Source of the DNA: an uncultured Chlamydiae bacterium
GTDB lineage: Bacteria; Chlamydiota; Chlamydiia; Chlamydiales; CALBHK01
Length of the DNA stretch: 51,363 bases
Direction: 5' to 3'
NCBI GenBank assembly: GCA_937894565.1
Contig: CALBHK010000397.1
Span: 1-51,363 of the forward strand
Shown here piece after piece: positions 19,087-27,911 of the stretch. Made by a program: the position numbers and the translations under genes. The stretch's first letter is position 1, and each line of letters starts with the position of its first letter. The notes beneath the pieces are model-generated. The model ran no database searches. It was given only the letters and a program-made list of their open reading frames with translations, and had not been told where the DNA came from.

Positions 19087-20015
19087 TAGATTCCCTCCCC
19101 GATGGACAGTGAAAGCGGATAATAGATGATGATCCCGCCGTAACGAGATTCGCAGTTGACAATGAACTCAAGACCACGCTCTTGAGGTGGATATTGAGTA
19201 AATGGCATTGGAATCTCCATCGTGAGCTTATCAGGGTTCTTCTCATAAGCGATCATGATGTCAACGCCGCCAGGACCTGCACCCTTCAATTCAGGAACCC
19301 AGTCCACAGTTGTGATGAACGGATTATTTTGAATAAAATACTCCAAAATCGTCGTATCGCTGTTAGCGGAACGAGGAGTTGAAGAGATCAACGTGTATTG
19401 ATCGATAGGAAGAATCAACGTGTTAGGCATTTCAACCCCATTTGTGAGGCCTACAATACCGTTGGACAATTGATTCATATCGCGCAAAATTTGATCAGGT
19501 GTTTTATTGACCCAAAGTGTAGAAGCACCTGTACCATCTGCAGGAACAGAAGCTGCTGGGATGTTTGGGTTATTAGTCAGACCAAGGATGTTGGAAACAT
19601 TATCTCCAAACCAGGCAAGCTTATTCACCTTTTGGTCATTGGCTCTTCGAGTAGCGTTTGCCTGACGTTGTGTAAGACTTCTCCCTACAAACATCGCAGC
19701 TCTAATTTCCTGCATCGAATAACCATAGCTGGCTCCAATGGATTTCACTGGAGTGATGAATTCCTTACCGCGAATATCGCAACGAGGGAAGTCATCGGCA
19801 TAGCTCGAAATGATTCGTGCAAGACCGGTTTCTTCAAACGATTGGTAAGTGATCGATTCCGCACCCGCACCAGCTTCTGTGCTAACAGGAATTAGCTTGA
19901 TCGCTTTGAGTGGAGGGAATTCAATGTCGTACGACTTTGATTTTATAGACTCGAGCTCACGAGCAAAGAACGCAGTCTCTGCCGAGTCGAGATTAACGCT
20001 TACAATTCTATCCAT
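19086..20015 (-). CDS. Major capsid protein (DUF2184-like, HK97 fold family)
   Basis: 309 aa with a strong TAAGGAGAAGG RBS. The N-terminus ..ETAFFARELESIKSKSYDIEFPPLKA..IPVS resembles the DUF2184 capsid family. Located after the scaffold and capsid-associated genes. Confidence 0.7.
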   Translation of the reverse strand: MDRIVSVNLDSAETAFFARELESIKSKSYDIEFPPLKAIKLIPVSTEAGAGAESITYQSFEETGLARIISSYADDFPRCDIRGKEFITPVKSIGASYGYSMQEIRAAMFVGRSLTQRQANATRRANDQKVNKLAWFGDNVSNILGLTNNPNIPAASVPADGTGASTLWVNKTPDQILRDMNQLSNGIVGLTNGVEMPNTLILPIDQYTLISSTPRSANSDTTILEYFIQNNPFITTVDWVPELKGAGPGGVDIMIAYEKNPDKLTMEIPMPFTQYPPQERGLEFIVNCESRYGGIIIYYPLSLSIGEGI

Positions 20016-20027
20016 TTTACCTTCTCC

Positions 20028-20810
20028 TTAGTTCGGCAAGTTGATTTCTAATGTTGCAAGAGCACCAGCTGTAGCTCCAACGGTGTACCTTGCAGCTGGA
20101 AGCGCAATAGCGCGCCCTCCGTCTGAATCCGCACGGAATCCACCAGGAAGCAGAAGACCATTGGCGGCAAATCTCCAGTAAACTGGGCTGTCGCTTGTTA
20201 GGTTCTGTTCTGCTGCTACATAGACACGACCTCTGGTAAGCAGAGATACGCAATCTCCTTGGAAATAAATCGGATTTCCAAATGACCCGAGAGTATTCAA
20301 TGGATTCGGTTTATTTTGAGTTCTTGCACCTACTCCATAGAAGGTATCTTGAGTAGTATTCGTGATAGTTGCTGTGGCTTGCGATGCGCCAAGAGTCACT
20401 ACAAATGAGTTAACAATAGCAATCTTACTTTCTGTTGCCGTAACAGTTATTGTTCTATCGTTTGCCCCTCCAACTATCGCTGAAGCAATATTTGGTTGAG
20501 CTAAAATAGCAGCAACAATCGTGTTCATTGTTGCCAGGTGGGAAGTTGCAAATGTAATGGGTGCTAGTGCTATCCCATTTACACTTACGTTAATCACATT
20601 GGATGTGACCAAGTCTGAACTTAGGACAATTGTCGATAGGTTGGACTGAGGAAGGCGTACGATGTAATCTTGACCAATTACTTTCGCAAGTCCGAGACCC
20701 ACGTTAAAATTCTCAAATGCTATAGGAGAAAGGACGTTTTTAAAGCCGGAATCGGCTAAAAGACCTACGCTCCCGACATCCATTAAAAAGGGATAGCTTA
20801 GTTGTGGCAT
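20028..20810 (-). CDS. Capsid-associated (decoration/cement-like) protein carrying the shared module
   Basis: 260 aa between the scaffold/protease and the major capsid gene. Residues ~61-151 are the module also present in the sheath and J-like proteins. Confidence 0.55.
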   Translation of the reverse strand: MPQLSYPFLMDVGSVGLLADSGFKNVLSPIAFENFNVGLGLAKVIGQDYIVRLPQSNLSTIVLSSDLVTSNVINVSVNGIALAPITFATSHLATMNTIVAAILAQPNIASAIVGGANDRTITVTATESKIAIVNSFVVTLGASQATATITNTTQDTFYGVGARTQNKPNPLNTLGSFGNPIYFQGDCVSLLTRGRVYVAAEQNLTSDSPVYWRFAANGLLLPGGFRADSDGGRAIALPAARYTVGATAGALATLEINLPN

Positions 20811-22090
20811 GGTATTTTACCTCCGGGCTTGTAACCATTTTTCATCTTGTCGATCATTGCCTGGCGAGCCATGGCGGAATCGGCAGGTTGATGATCGAAT
20901 TTAGTTCTGTATTCAACTGGGGTTGCAATGACTTGAGATGGGGCAGGGGTCATATCTTCGAGCAGAGCATCGAATCTCGCTTGAATATAAACTGCAGTTT
21001 TTCCATCTAGATTTGCATTCTTTTGGCGTGCTCTGATGACTTCCTTTTTGATTTCCAGGTCGGACATTTCATCAATTCTAGCCAAGGTTTTAGAGTCCAA
21101 GACACTCTCTGCAACTTTTTGCAATTTGACCCGCTCTTTAACGAGAGATCTGATAGATGCAGCGTCCATATTGTTGTATTTGTCGTTCTCTCTTTTTTCC
21201 TTGTCTTGTGGCTTCAAGGGAACGCGTTCTCCATTGGGAGCTTTGACAGGAGTTTCATGGGTTGCATAAGGATTTTCCTTAGACATGTAGCCCACTTCTT
21301 TTTCTTCCTTTTCTTCTCCTTCGTCTTCCTCTTCTTCGAGGTCGACATCCCCATTTTTTATTGAATTAAGTTCAGCAGATAGCTTGTCTTTTTCTTCAGC
21401 TATCCTGCTATTTTCTGCCTCGAGATTTGCAATGCGGGCAAGCAGCTGCTCAACTTGATTAGCTACATTGTCCTCCATCAAAATCTCGTCATCGTCAATT
21501 TTGACTTTCCTTTTAGCCATATTGGCCTCCTCTATTAAGATTTCTTCTGCATCGAAACTATCTAATGCGATTCTTGCCTCACTGCCTGCTCTGGCATTGT
21601 CAACAATGCTTAAGTGGTTGTATTTGATATTGGATTGACGGAAGTTATAAGGCTGGCCGTTGTAGCTTCCTTCTTCCGGGATGAGATCGACGGTGTACCC
21701 GAGAGACAGCTCTCTACGGTTTCTGTCAGTAACGTCTTTAACGCTCGCCAGATCTGTAATTACTAAATTTGAAATGACGAACTCACCGTCTTGGGTAATT
21801 GTTTCCCCTGTATAGCCAATGGCAAGACGCTTGGCATTTTCAGCCGAGATAAGGCGTTCTTGAGGATGCCCATTTGTCACAGGAATCATTTTCATGGTGT
21901 CCAGACTGTCTATTTTAAAAACTTCGTCAGGATGACGCAGTTCTTTGCGAATAGTTCCATCTGGGTTTTTATAGAGAAAAACACCCGTGCGGGTGACTAT
22001 GGCATTGGCTTTGATATACCCTTCATCTGTAATGAAGGCATCGCCTTTGACTTGGCCTCTATCAAAGCGAGCAACATCATTTAACTTCAT
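20798..22090 (-). CDS. Prohead scaffold/protease-like protein (DUF2213-like)
   Basis: Start moved to the ATG at 22088-22090, because the track start at 22102 is TTG. The N-terminus DEGYIKANAIVTRTGVFLY..DGTIRKELRHPDEVF....IPVTNGHP resembles DUF2213. There is a central acidic/coiled-coil stretch (EEEEDEGEEKEEKE). Confidence 0.6.
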   Translation of the reverse strand: MKLNDVARFDRGQVKGDAFITDEGYIKANAIVTRTGVFLYKNPDGTIRKELRHPDEVFKIDSLDTMKMIPVTNGHPQERLISAENAKRLAIGYTGETITQDGEFVISNLVITDLASVKDVTDRNRRELSLGYTVDLIPEEGSYNGQPYNFRQSNIKYNHLSIVDNARAGSEARIALDSFDAEEILIEEANMAKRKVKIDDDEILMEDNVANQVEQLLARIANLEAENSRIAEEKDKLSAELNSIKNGDVDLEEEEDEGEEKEEKEVGYMSKENPYATHETPVKAPNGERVPLKPQDKEKRENDKYNNMDAASIRSLVKERVKLQKVAESVLDSKTLARIDEMSDLEIKKEVIRARQKNANLDGKTAVYIQARFDALLEDMTPAPSQVIATPVEYRTKFDHQPADSAMARQAMIDKMKNGYKPGGKIPCHN

Positions 22091-22230
22091 TTCTCTACCC
22101 AAAGATCAAATTGTTAATATCACAACTATTTCATTTAGAATAAGTTGGTTAACTGTATAGCTGGATGGTTGGGTAGCTGGATGTATGGATTACTGGAAAT
22201 CTTATTGGTTGGATAGATGATTGGTTGAGT

Positions 22231-23082
22231 CTAGATATCTAAGAGTCCTTCTAAAACTGGAACAGCGACACATCGGCAATTGATGTCAGTTCCCGGATGG
22301 CCAGTATCTTTCGGTGGGTTGTCCCAACGAAATTTCTTACCATCATGGGCTTTATGGGTGGGGCGAACTCTTTCATCGCCTGCCGTTTGCCAGATGTATT
22401 CCTCGACACCCAATTCTTGCTGCCTAAGTTTTGTTAAGCTCGCATTCAATTTAGATGTCTGATCTCTCGCGATTAACTTCGCGCGCCGTCTAGTAATTCC
22501 GAATCTTTCTTGGATTGATTGAGTCATTGAGTGAAATCTGCTTCCTTCCTGCAAGCCACTCTCGATGATCTGTGCGACCTGTTCGAGTTCTTGTGCTGGA
22601 AGAGAGCGGATTAATTGAGCATTTTGGCTTCCGAACAGTTTTAACTGGTCTTGAAGCCAAGGCTGGTCGATAAAAATATCAATTCCGAAAACGGAATTGT
22701 TGATTCTGTCGAACTGCCTTTTATTATACCTGGCGACTTGTGCGCCAATTATTTTTGATTCCGCTATGGTTTCTTCAACTTTACCCTTTATAGCGTGTAT
22801 TACAGAATTTATCAATCTTTTTAATGCATCTGAAAAATCATCCCCCCTTGCCGAAGAGGTCGGATAGAGCTGTTCCACTTCTAAAATCAGAGAGGGGAGT
22901 GCAGGAATAATGATTTCTTTAATCAGGGTTTTTAATTCGTTTGTTAAAGAGAAAAGTACTCTCATATATTCTCTTTCCAGAGAAGATGGCGGATGCCATT
23001 TAGGAGGTTTTTTCATCTTTGCTGGTTGAAGCTTCCCCATGCGCCTCTGTTGAATTTTAGCAAGCTGATCAATAGAAACCAT
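22231..23082 (-). CDS. Head morphogenesis protein (Mu F / SPP1 gp7 family)
   Basis: 283 aa. C-terminal hallmark W.TAGDERVRPTH...DG..F.......GHPG.DINCRCV. Lies directly downstream of portal. Confidence 0.75.
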   Translation of the reverse strand: MVSIDQLAKIQQRRMGKLQPAKMKKPPKWHPPSSLEREYMRVLFSLTNELKTLIKEIIIPALPSLILEVEQLYPTSSARGDDFSDALKRLINSVIHAIKGKVEETIAESKIIGAQVARYNKRQFDRINNSVFGIDIFIDQPWLQDQLKLFGSQNAQLIRSLPAQELEQVAQIIESGLQEGSRFHSMTQSIQERFGITRRRAKLIARDQTSKLNASLTKLRQQELGVEEYIWQTAGDERVRPTHKAHDGKKFRWDNPPKDTGHPGTDINCRCVAVPVLEGLLDI

Positions 23083-23084
23083 GG

Positions 23085-24542
23085 TTATACCGGTGAGCGA
23101 TATCTGATTCCTGTAGGCATAAAATCAGGTCCAATGCCTGGAGGAGGTGTTTCCTGTGCTTTTTTCTCTTCTTCTAATTCAGCCACTTCTTCTGGATCAA
23201 AACCGTTTTTACGTCCTTCAAGATCCACTTCAGTATTCATAGACCAACGGTTGCCACCGAAACGAGAAACAGCCACCTCAGCAGGATCAAGAACTCCTCT
23301 GTCGAGATAAATGGCGTCTGTTTCTGCGACGATTTTTCTGACGATGGCTTCTTGTTCTTCGGTGTTCTGCCATAGGGGGACAAATTTGATGGACCAGTTG
23401 TCTGGTTCGTCGCCAGCGAATGGTCCATTTTTTGAGAGCATGATGTAGCGAGTGAGCTTTTCAAGGACTGGTTTAAGCTTGGATTCCTGCTCCTGCTTAA
23501 CCATATCGTAAAAATTTCTGACATCGTTATCTCCAGTGGAGTTCATGCCGGCGGAGCTTCTTCCGAAGAGGAGGGATACTGGAATGCCAGAGACCGCAGA
23601 TAGAGCCAGCATAAAACGATCGAGAAGCTCAGGGATGCCTGAGATATTTGTTGAGGCCTTTTCATATTTCTCCGCCGCATCCAATATCATCGTATTGGTT
23701 GCACCTTTGGTTAAATTAAGAATGTCAAGCCGTTTCATGACTTGATTGTCAGCGCATTGTGAAGAGATTAATTCCGCGAGATTGGGAATAGAAAGAGTGT
23801 AATTGACGAAATCCTGCATGATAAGCCCTGCATTAGCAAAGGCCGTGGAATAATTGCGAAGTTCATCGTAGATTGACTGAATAAGGGGATCACCCCAGCC
23901 ATTATTGAAATTTTGCTGCCTTGGAGGCAGTATAGACCAATCTACACGTAGAATTCTTGAGTGATGTACATAGAATAGAGCTCCTGTACGAGTGTCATTG
24001 ACCGTATAGACATTTGGATAGCCATAATTCGGGCTATTCAGATCCTTTTCGAAAGTGCCGTCTCTGCTGAAAGATTGATAGCGATCAAATACATGAAGCC
24101 ATTTTATATCCCTAATATTTCGCTCGTCGACAGGTTCTTCAAGAGGTAAGCCATCGGCAATTCCCATCACACAAAGAGCGCCTCCATACTGTCTGGCCCA
24201 TCGAAGCAGAGTGATCAAATTGAAGTTAGCTTTGAGGGATTCCATTTTGCGATTAATGTCTTGTCCTGAATCTCCCTCGATTTCCCACCCTTGTCTGACC
24301 ATTTCGGATGGCACAATATCCATGATTCGTCGGGTGATCCCGTCAGATCTATACAATTGATCCAGTTCCGCTTGTTCGAATATTTTCTCCAGGCGAAAGT
24401 GAGCATTGACGTTTTTATCGCGTCCTCGCATGCCTAGCCCAGTCAGGACATTGATCCATCCATCGGCCTTGACAAATCCATCATTATGAGGAACGCGACT
24501 CTGTTCTTCAGCGGATTTTTTCTCAAAATTATACGTAGCCAT
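23085..24542 (-). CDS. Portal protein (DUF1073-like)
   Basis: Start trimmed to the ATG at 24540-24542, preceded by GGGAG (the track start at 24566 is TTG). About 485 aa. First gene of the morphogenesis operon, upstream of the Mu F-like gene. Confidence 0.7.
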   Translation of the reverse strand: MATYNFEKKSAEEQSRVPHNDGFVKADGWINVLTGLGMRGRDKNVNAHFRLEKIFEQAELDQLYRSDGITRRIMDIVPSEMVRQGWEIEGDSGQDINRKMESLKANFNLITLLRWARQYGGALCVMGIADGLPLEEPVDERNIRDIKWLHVFDRYQSFSRDGTFEKDLNSPNYGYPNVYTVNDTRTGALFYVHHSRILRVDWSILPPRQQNFNNGWGDPLIQSIYDELRNYSTAFANAGLIMQDFVNYTLSIPNLAELISSQCADNQVMKRLDILNLTKGATNTMILDAAEKYEKASTNISGIPELLDRFMLALSAVSGIPVSLLFGRSSAGMNSTGDNDVRNFYDMVKQEQESKLKPVLEKLTRYIMLSKNGPFAGDEPDNWSIKFVPLWQNTEEQEAIVRKIVAETDAIYLDRGVLDPAEVAVSRFGGNRWSMNTEVDLEGRKNGFDPEEVAELEEEKKAQETPPPGIGPDFMPTGIRYRSPV

Positions 24543-24804
24543 ATACTCCCAAGAGTTAGAGATCAAAATGATACTTGGGGAAGATGGGTACTTGGTGGCA
24601 ACGGCGAGAAAATCGTCGTCTTTGTGTCGATGAGTGTTTGATTTCAGCGTCCCTCCTGAAAAAGAGGGGAGCTTTTCTAAAAATCACCTTATCATAGTTT
24701 TACAAAAAAATAATAGTGAAGAGTTTGTGAAACAGCTGTTTCGTAATTCAAAAAGGGTAATTGGTCAAACAAAACTTTGCGTGTTCCGCCATGTTTACAT
24801 CTCT

Positions 24805-24850
24805 AAAACCGGCGGAAAAAACATTGTTTTGTGTTTCATCCGCCGGTTTT
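24805..24850. terminator. Hairpin with 12-bp perfect stem flanked by A4/T4 (bidirectional terminator-like)
   Basis: aaaaccggcgga (24805-24816) pairs with tccgccggtttt (24839-24850), leaving a 22-nt loop. Intergenic. Confidence 0.4.
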
Positions 24851-24886
24851 ACTGTTTCCTGATACTTTTTTTATACTCTAGAAGGC

Positions 24887-24972
24887 ATCTACAAATCGAC
24901 AAATGTCATTTTGCGGATCAATTTCATTATCATAAAAATTATCTACAAAATAACATTTGTCGATTTGTGGAT
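24887..24972. repeat. Inverted pair of 32-nt units (28/32 match), member of the ATCCxCAAATCGACA..TTTTGCxGAT repeat family
   Basis: atctacaaatcgacaaatgtcattttgcggat (24887-24918) versus the reverse complement of atctacaaaataacatttgtcgatttgtggat (24941-24972). Related units occur at 35061-35203. Confidence 0.8.
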
Positions 24973-25009
24973 TGATTTTTTCCGAGATCAAGGTTTTGCT
25001 GCATCCATA

Positions 25010-25059
25010 AATTCTCCAAAACCTACCAACTAAATTTAGTGGGTTGATTTTGGAGAATT
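25010..25059. repeat. Nested palindrome upstream of the RHH-czc operon (candidate operator)
   Basis: aattctccaaaa (25010-25021) and ttttggagaatt (25048-25059) form a 12-bp perfect inverted repeat. It encloses the 12-bp palindrome actaaatttagt (25029-25040). The structure lies about 100 nt upstream of the RHH start. Confidence 0.6.
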
Positions 25060-25160
25060 CATTACCATGCCTACATACATGTTTATATGGTTGTATATAA
25101 ACATTATTTCAAATATGTATAGGATAACCAAAGAATTCCAAGCCGAGGAGGAGGTTGCCT

Positions 25161-25391
25161 ATGAGAGAACAAGTGGTAAGACTAAGTTTTGACATATCTG
25201 TACATGAACATGCGTTGCTAAAGTCTGCTTGTGCTGAGGCTATGATACCCATGAAAGATTTTTTGCATGATTTGGTATTGAGAGGAATACAGGAACTTAA
25301 GGAAAAGAAATCGCGCGAAAAATCAAAAGAGTCAAAAGCGGGCAAGCTCGAAACGAAGACACTTGTTGAATGTGTAAAAGATGACGCTTGA
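25161..25391 (+). CDS. Ribbon-helix-helix (CopG/Arc-like) small DNA-binding protein
   Basis: ATG at 25161 is 6 nt after GGAGGAGGAGG. The N-terminus VVRLSFDISVHEHALLKSACAEAMIPMKDFLHDLVL fits a beta-strand plus two helices RHH pattern. Lys/Glu-rich tail. Its end overlaps the czcC reading frame. Confidence 0.55.
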   Translation: MREQVVRLSFDISVHEHALLKSACAEAMIPMKDFLHDLVLRGIQELKEKKSREKSKESKAGKLETKTLVECVKDDA

Positions 25392-25437
25392 AGTCGATAA
25401 ATTTTACACAAAGCATAGCTATAGAGGATTTTCATTC

Positions 25438-26694
25438 ATGGGTGTAAAAAATTGGAAAAGATTATGTTATTTCGTTTGTGTTTCCTTCTTCCTATATTTT
25501 CCTTGTGAGATTTTTTGCGAAACAACTCTTTCTTTTGACGAAGCAGTATCCAAAACTTTATCCCTTTCTCCCAAGCTTCGCATCGCCAATAGTGAAATAA
25601 ATGAAAAGGCTGGGGCTCAAACTCAAAGTCGACTCTATCCAAATCCAGTAGCGGGTTACAGTGTTGAAAATGTCTTTGGGAATAAGAATTGGCAAGGTTG
25701 GGAAGCTACAGAATCGCGATATGAAATTGCTCAACTAGTAGAATTGGGTGGGAAAAGGGGATTCCGATATCAAACAGCAAGATTTCAATTCTATGCCGCA
25801 CAGGCGGGATTTGAAGCCAAGCAACTTTTCCTTCTCAATAGACTTTTAAAATTATTCACTTTAGTTGTTGCCTCCCAAGAGAATCTCGCGCTAGCTGTAG
25901 ACCAAACGAAAGTTGCGGAAGAAGTCTATAAGACAGTAACCGCAAAAGTCGAGGCGGGTAAAGTTTCTCTAATCCAACAAAATAAAGCAGAAATTGCTCT
26001 TTCAACAGCTCAGATCAACTTAGAGAAAGCTAAAGCGGACTTTTCTAAAAATAAAGAAAGGCTTTCGATTTTATGGGGATATTCCTGTCCTGATTTTGAT
26101 AGAGTCAGTTTTCCTTTTTATGAAATTAATTTACCAATTCCCTTCGAAGAATGTCTATCTGATTTAAGAGGAAATCCTGAACTTTTGCGATCTCAAATGG
26201 GGCACCTTGCAGCTCATCAAAATTTAAATTTAGAAAAATCTTTAGCTATTCCAGATGTGACAGTAATACTTGGATACAAAACACTTCAAGATACAGGAAA
26301 TAAAGGGCTAATCCTTGGAGCTTCTATTCCTATCCCACTTTTTAATCAGAATCAAGGAAATGTACAGAGAGCAAGGGCTCAAACGCTTAAAGCTCATGAT
26401 CAGTATATTGAACTTGAGCTTGCTTTAGAAAATAAACTCTCTATCGCGCATAAAGAGTTAGTGAGAGCCTACAATGAAGCAGAGCGGATAAGATCTACAG
26501 TGCTTAAAGCGGCTTTCCAATCTTTTGAACTAGCTCAAGAAGGTTATAAGGAAGGAAAATTTGAATACTTAGACATGCTCGATTCTCAAAAAACCCTTTT
26601 TGAAGTTAGAGAAAGATACATTCAAGCCGTGCTAAATTATCATAAAAGCATAGCAGATATAGAATATTTAAATACACAGGAAGATGGGCTATGA
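25438..26694 (+). CDS. czcC: Outer-membrane efflux protein, TolC/CzcC family
   Basis: Start set at the ATG at 25438 (AGAGGA upstream), which yields a signal-peptide-like N-terminus MGVKNWKRLCYFVCVSFFLYF. The track start 25381 is an alternative. TolC-type repeats and the first position in the czcCBA order support the call. Confidence 0.75.
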   Translation: MGVKNWKRLCYFVCVSFFLYFPCEIFCETTLSFDEAVSKTLSLSPKLRIANSEINEKAGAQTQSRLYPNPVAGYSVENVFGNKNWQGWEATESRYEIAQLVELGGKRGFRYQTARFQFYAAQAGFEAKQLFLLNRLLKLFTLVVASQENLALAVDQTKVAEEVYKTVTAKVEAGKVSLIQQNKAEIALSTAQINLEKAKADFSKNKERLSILWGYSCPDFDRVSFPFYEINLPIPFEECLSDLRGNPELLRSQMGHLAAHQNLNLEKSLAIPDVTVILGYKTLQDTGNKGLILGASIPIPLFNQNQGNVQRARAQTLKAHDQYIELELALENKLSIAHKELVRAYNEAERIRSTVLKAAFQSFELAQEGYKEGKFEYLDMLDSQKTLFEVRERYIQAVLNYHKSIADIEYLNTQEDGL

Positions 26695-27911
26695 AAATGA
26701 AAATATTTTATTCGATTACAGGGATAGCTCTTTTAATGAGTAGTATAGTGGCTTGGCAGTTTTGGTCATCATCACCACTCAAAAAAGAGATTGCTTCGTT
26801 AGAAATCGCCGAAGCAAATCCTCATGGTCATACTGACGAGCACGGCCATAGCGAAGAAAATATTATTCCACTTTCATCGGATCAAATTAAAGATCTGGAT
26901 ATTCAAACAAAAATAGCAGGTCCTGGAGAATTGTCTGTGACCATTTCCACTAGAGGAAAAATTATATTGCATCCCGATAGGCTAGCTCACATTTTGCCTA
27001 AAATCTCTGGAGTAGCTAAAGAAGCTCGAAAAAACATTGGAGATCGAGTTAAAGAAGGTGAAGTCTTAGCTATTTTGGAAAGTCGTGAAATGGCAGATAT
27101 CAAAGCGAATTATTTAGCAGCTAAAGAGAAAGAAAGCCTTGCCCTTTCTCTTTTAGACCGTGAAAAACGTTTACATGAGAAGAAAGTTTCTGCTGAACAG
27201 GATTATTTAAATGCAAAATCAGCTTATGCAGAAGCTAAAATTAATGTTCAATTATCCGACCAAAAACTCCATGCCTTTGGGATTGAGGATGAAGAAATCA
27301 AAGAGCTTTCTAATGAACATAACCCTGATTTAAGACTTTACGACATCCGATCTCCTATGGATGGAATTGTGATCGCTCGTCACATTAATAAGGGGGAATT
27401 TATTGAAAATACGACGACGATTTACGAGATTGCTGATCTTAGCATCATCTGGATAGAGATCGGGATATATCCAAAGGATCTTGTGAGGGTAAAAGAGGGA
27501 CAAATGGTGGATATTTCTCTTCCTGTAGATGGAAAGATCGCACAGGCAAAAATAATCTATCTTAGTCCGATCATTCAAGATGAAACTATAACGGCTAAAG
27601 CTGTAGCCGAATTGACAAATCCGAGTGGAAACTGGCGCCCTGGTTCCTTTGTTAAGGTAAATATTGCAACTGAAAATGTTTTTGTTCCCCTTGTCATATC
27701 TAAAGAGGCGATTCAAGAGATCGAAGGCAAAGATTTTGTTTTTGTAAAAGTACCTGAAGGTTTTGAAAAAAGACAAACCCAAGTAGGTGTTAGCGACGAT
27801 AAAAATGTTGAAATTCTTTCAGGCTTAAGTGCAGGAGAAGAATACGCCTCTTCAAAAACATTTTTATTGAAAGCTGATTTAAGCAAAAAAGAAGCGGAGC
27901 ATGAACACTGA
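26691..27911 (+). CDS. czcB: RND efflux periplasmic adaptor (membrane fusion protein), CzcB-like
   Basis: 406 aa with an ATGA overlap to czcC. N-terminal TM segment, His-rich stretch NPHGHTDEHGHSEE, HlyD-type barrel-sandwich motifs. Confidence 0.8.
   Translation: MKMKIFYSITGIALLMSSIVAWQFWSSSPLKKEIASLEIAEANPHGHTDEHGHSEENIIPLSSDQIKDLDIQTKIAGPGELSVTISTRGKIILHPDRLAHILPKISGVAKEARKNIGDRVKEGEVLAILESREMADIKANYLAAKEKESLALSLLDREKRLHEKKVSAEQDYLNAKSAYAEAKINVQLSDQKLHAFGIEDEEIKELSNEHNPDLRLYDIRSPMDGIVIARHINKGEFIENTTTIYEIADLSIIWIEIGIYPKDLVRVKEGQMVDISLPVDGKIAQAKIIYLSPIIQDETITAKAVAELTNPSGNWRPGSFVKVNIATENVFVPLVISKEAIQEIEGKDFVFVKVPEGFEKRQTQVGVSDDKNVEILSGLSAGEEYASSKTFLLKADLSKKEAEHEH

Noticed and set aside
24634-24975. 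113-aa plus-strand ORF in the portal-czc spacer. The same applies to 25109-25435 (-), which is antisense to the RHH gene.
   Set aside because: There is no RBS, the composition is odd, and the ORF runs through hairpins and inverted repeats. The region is better explained as structured non-coding DNA.
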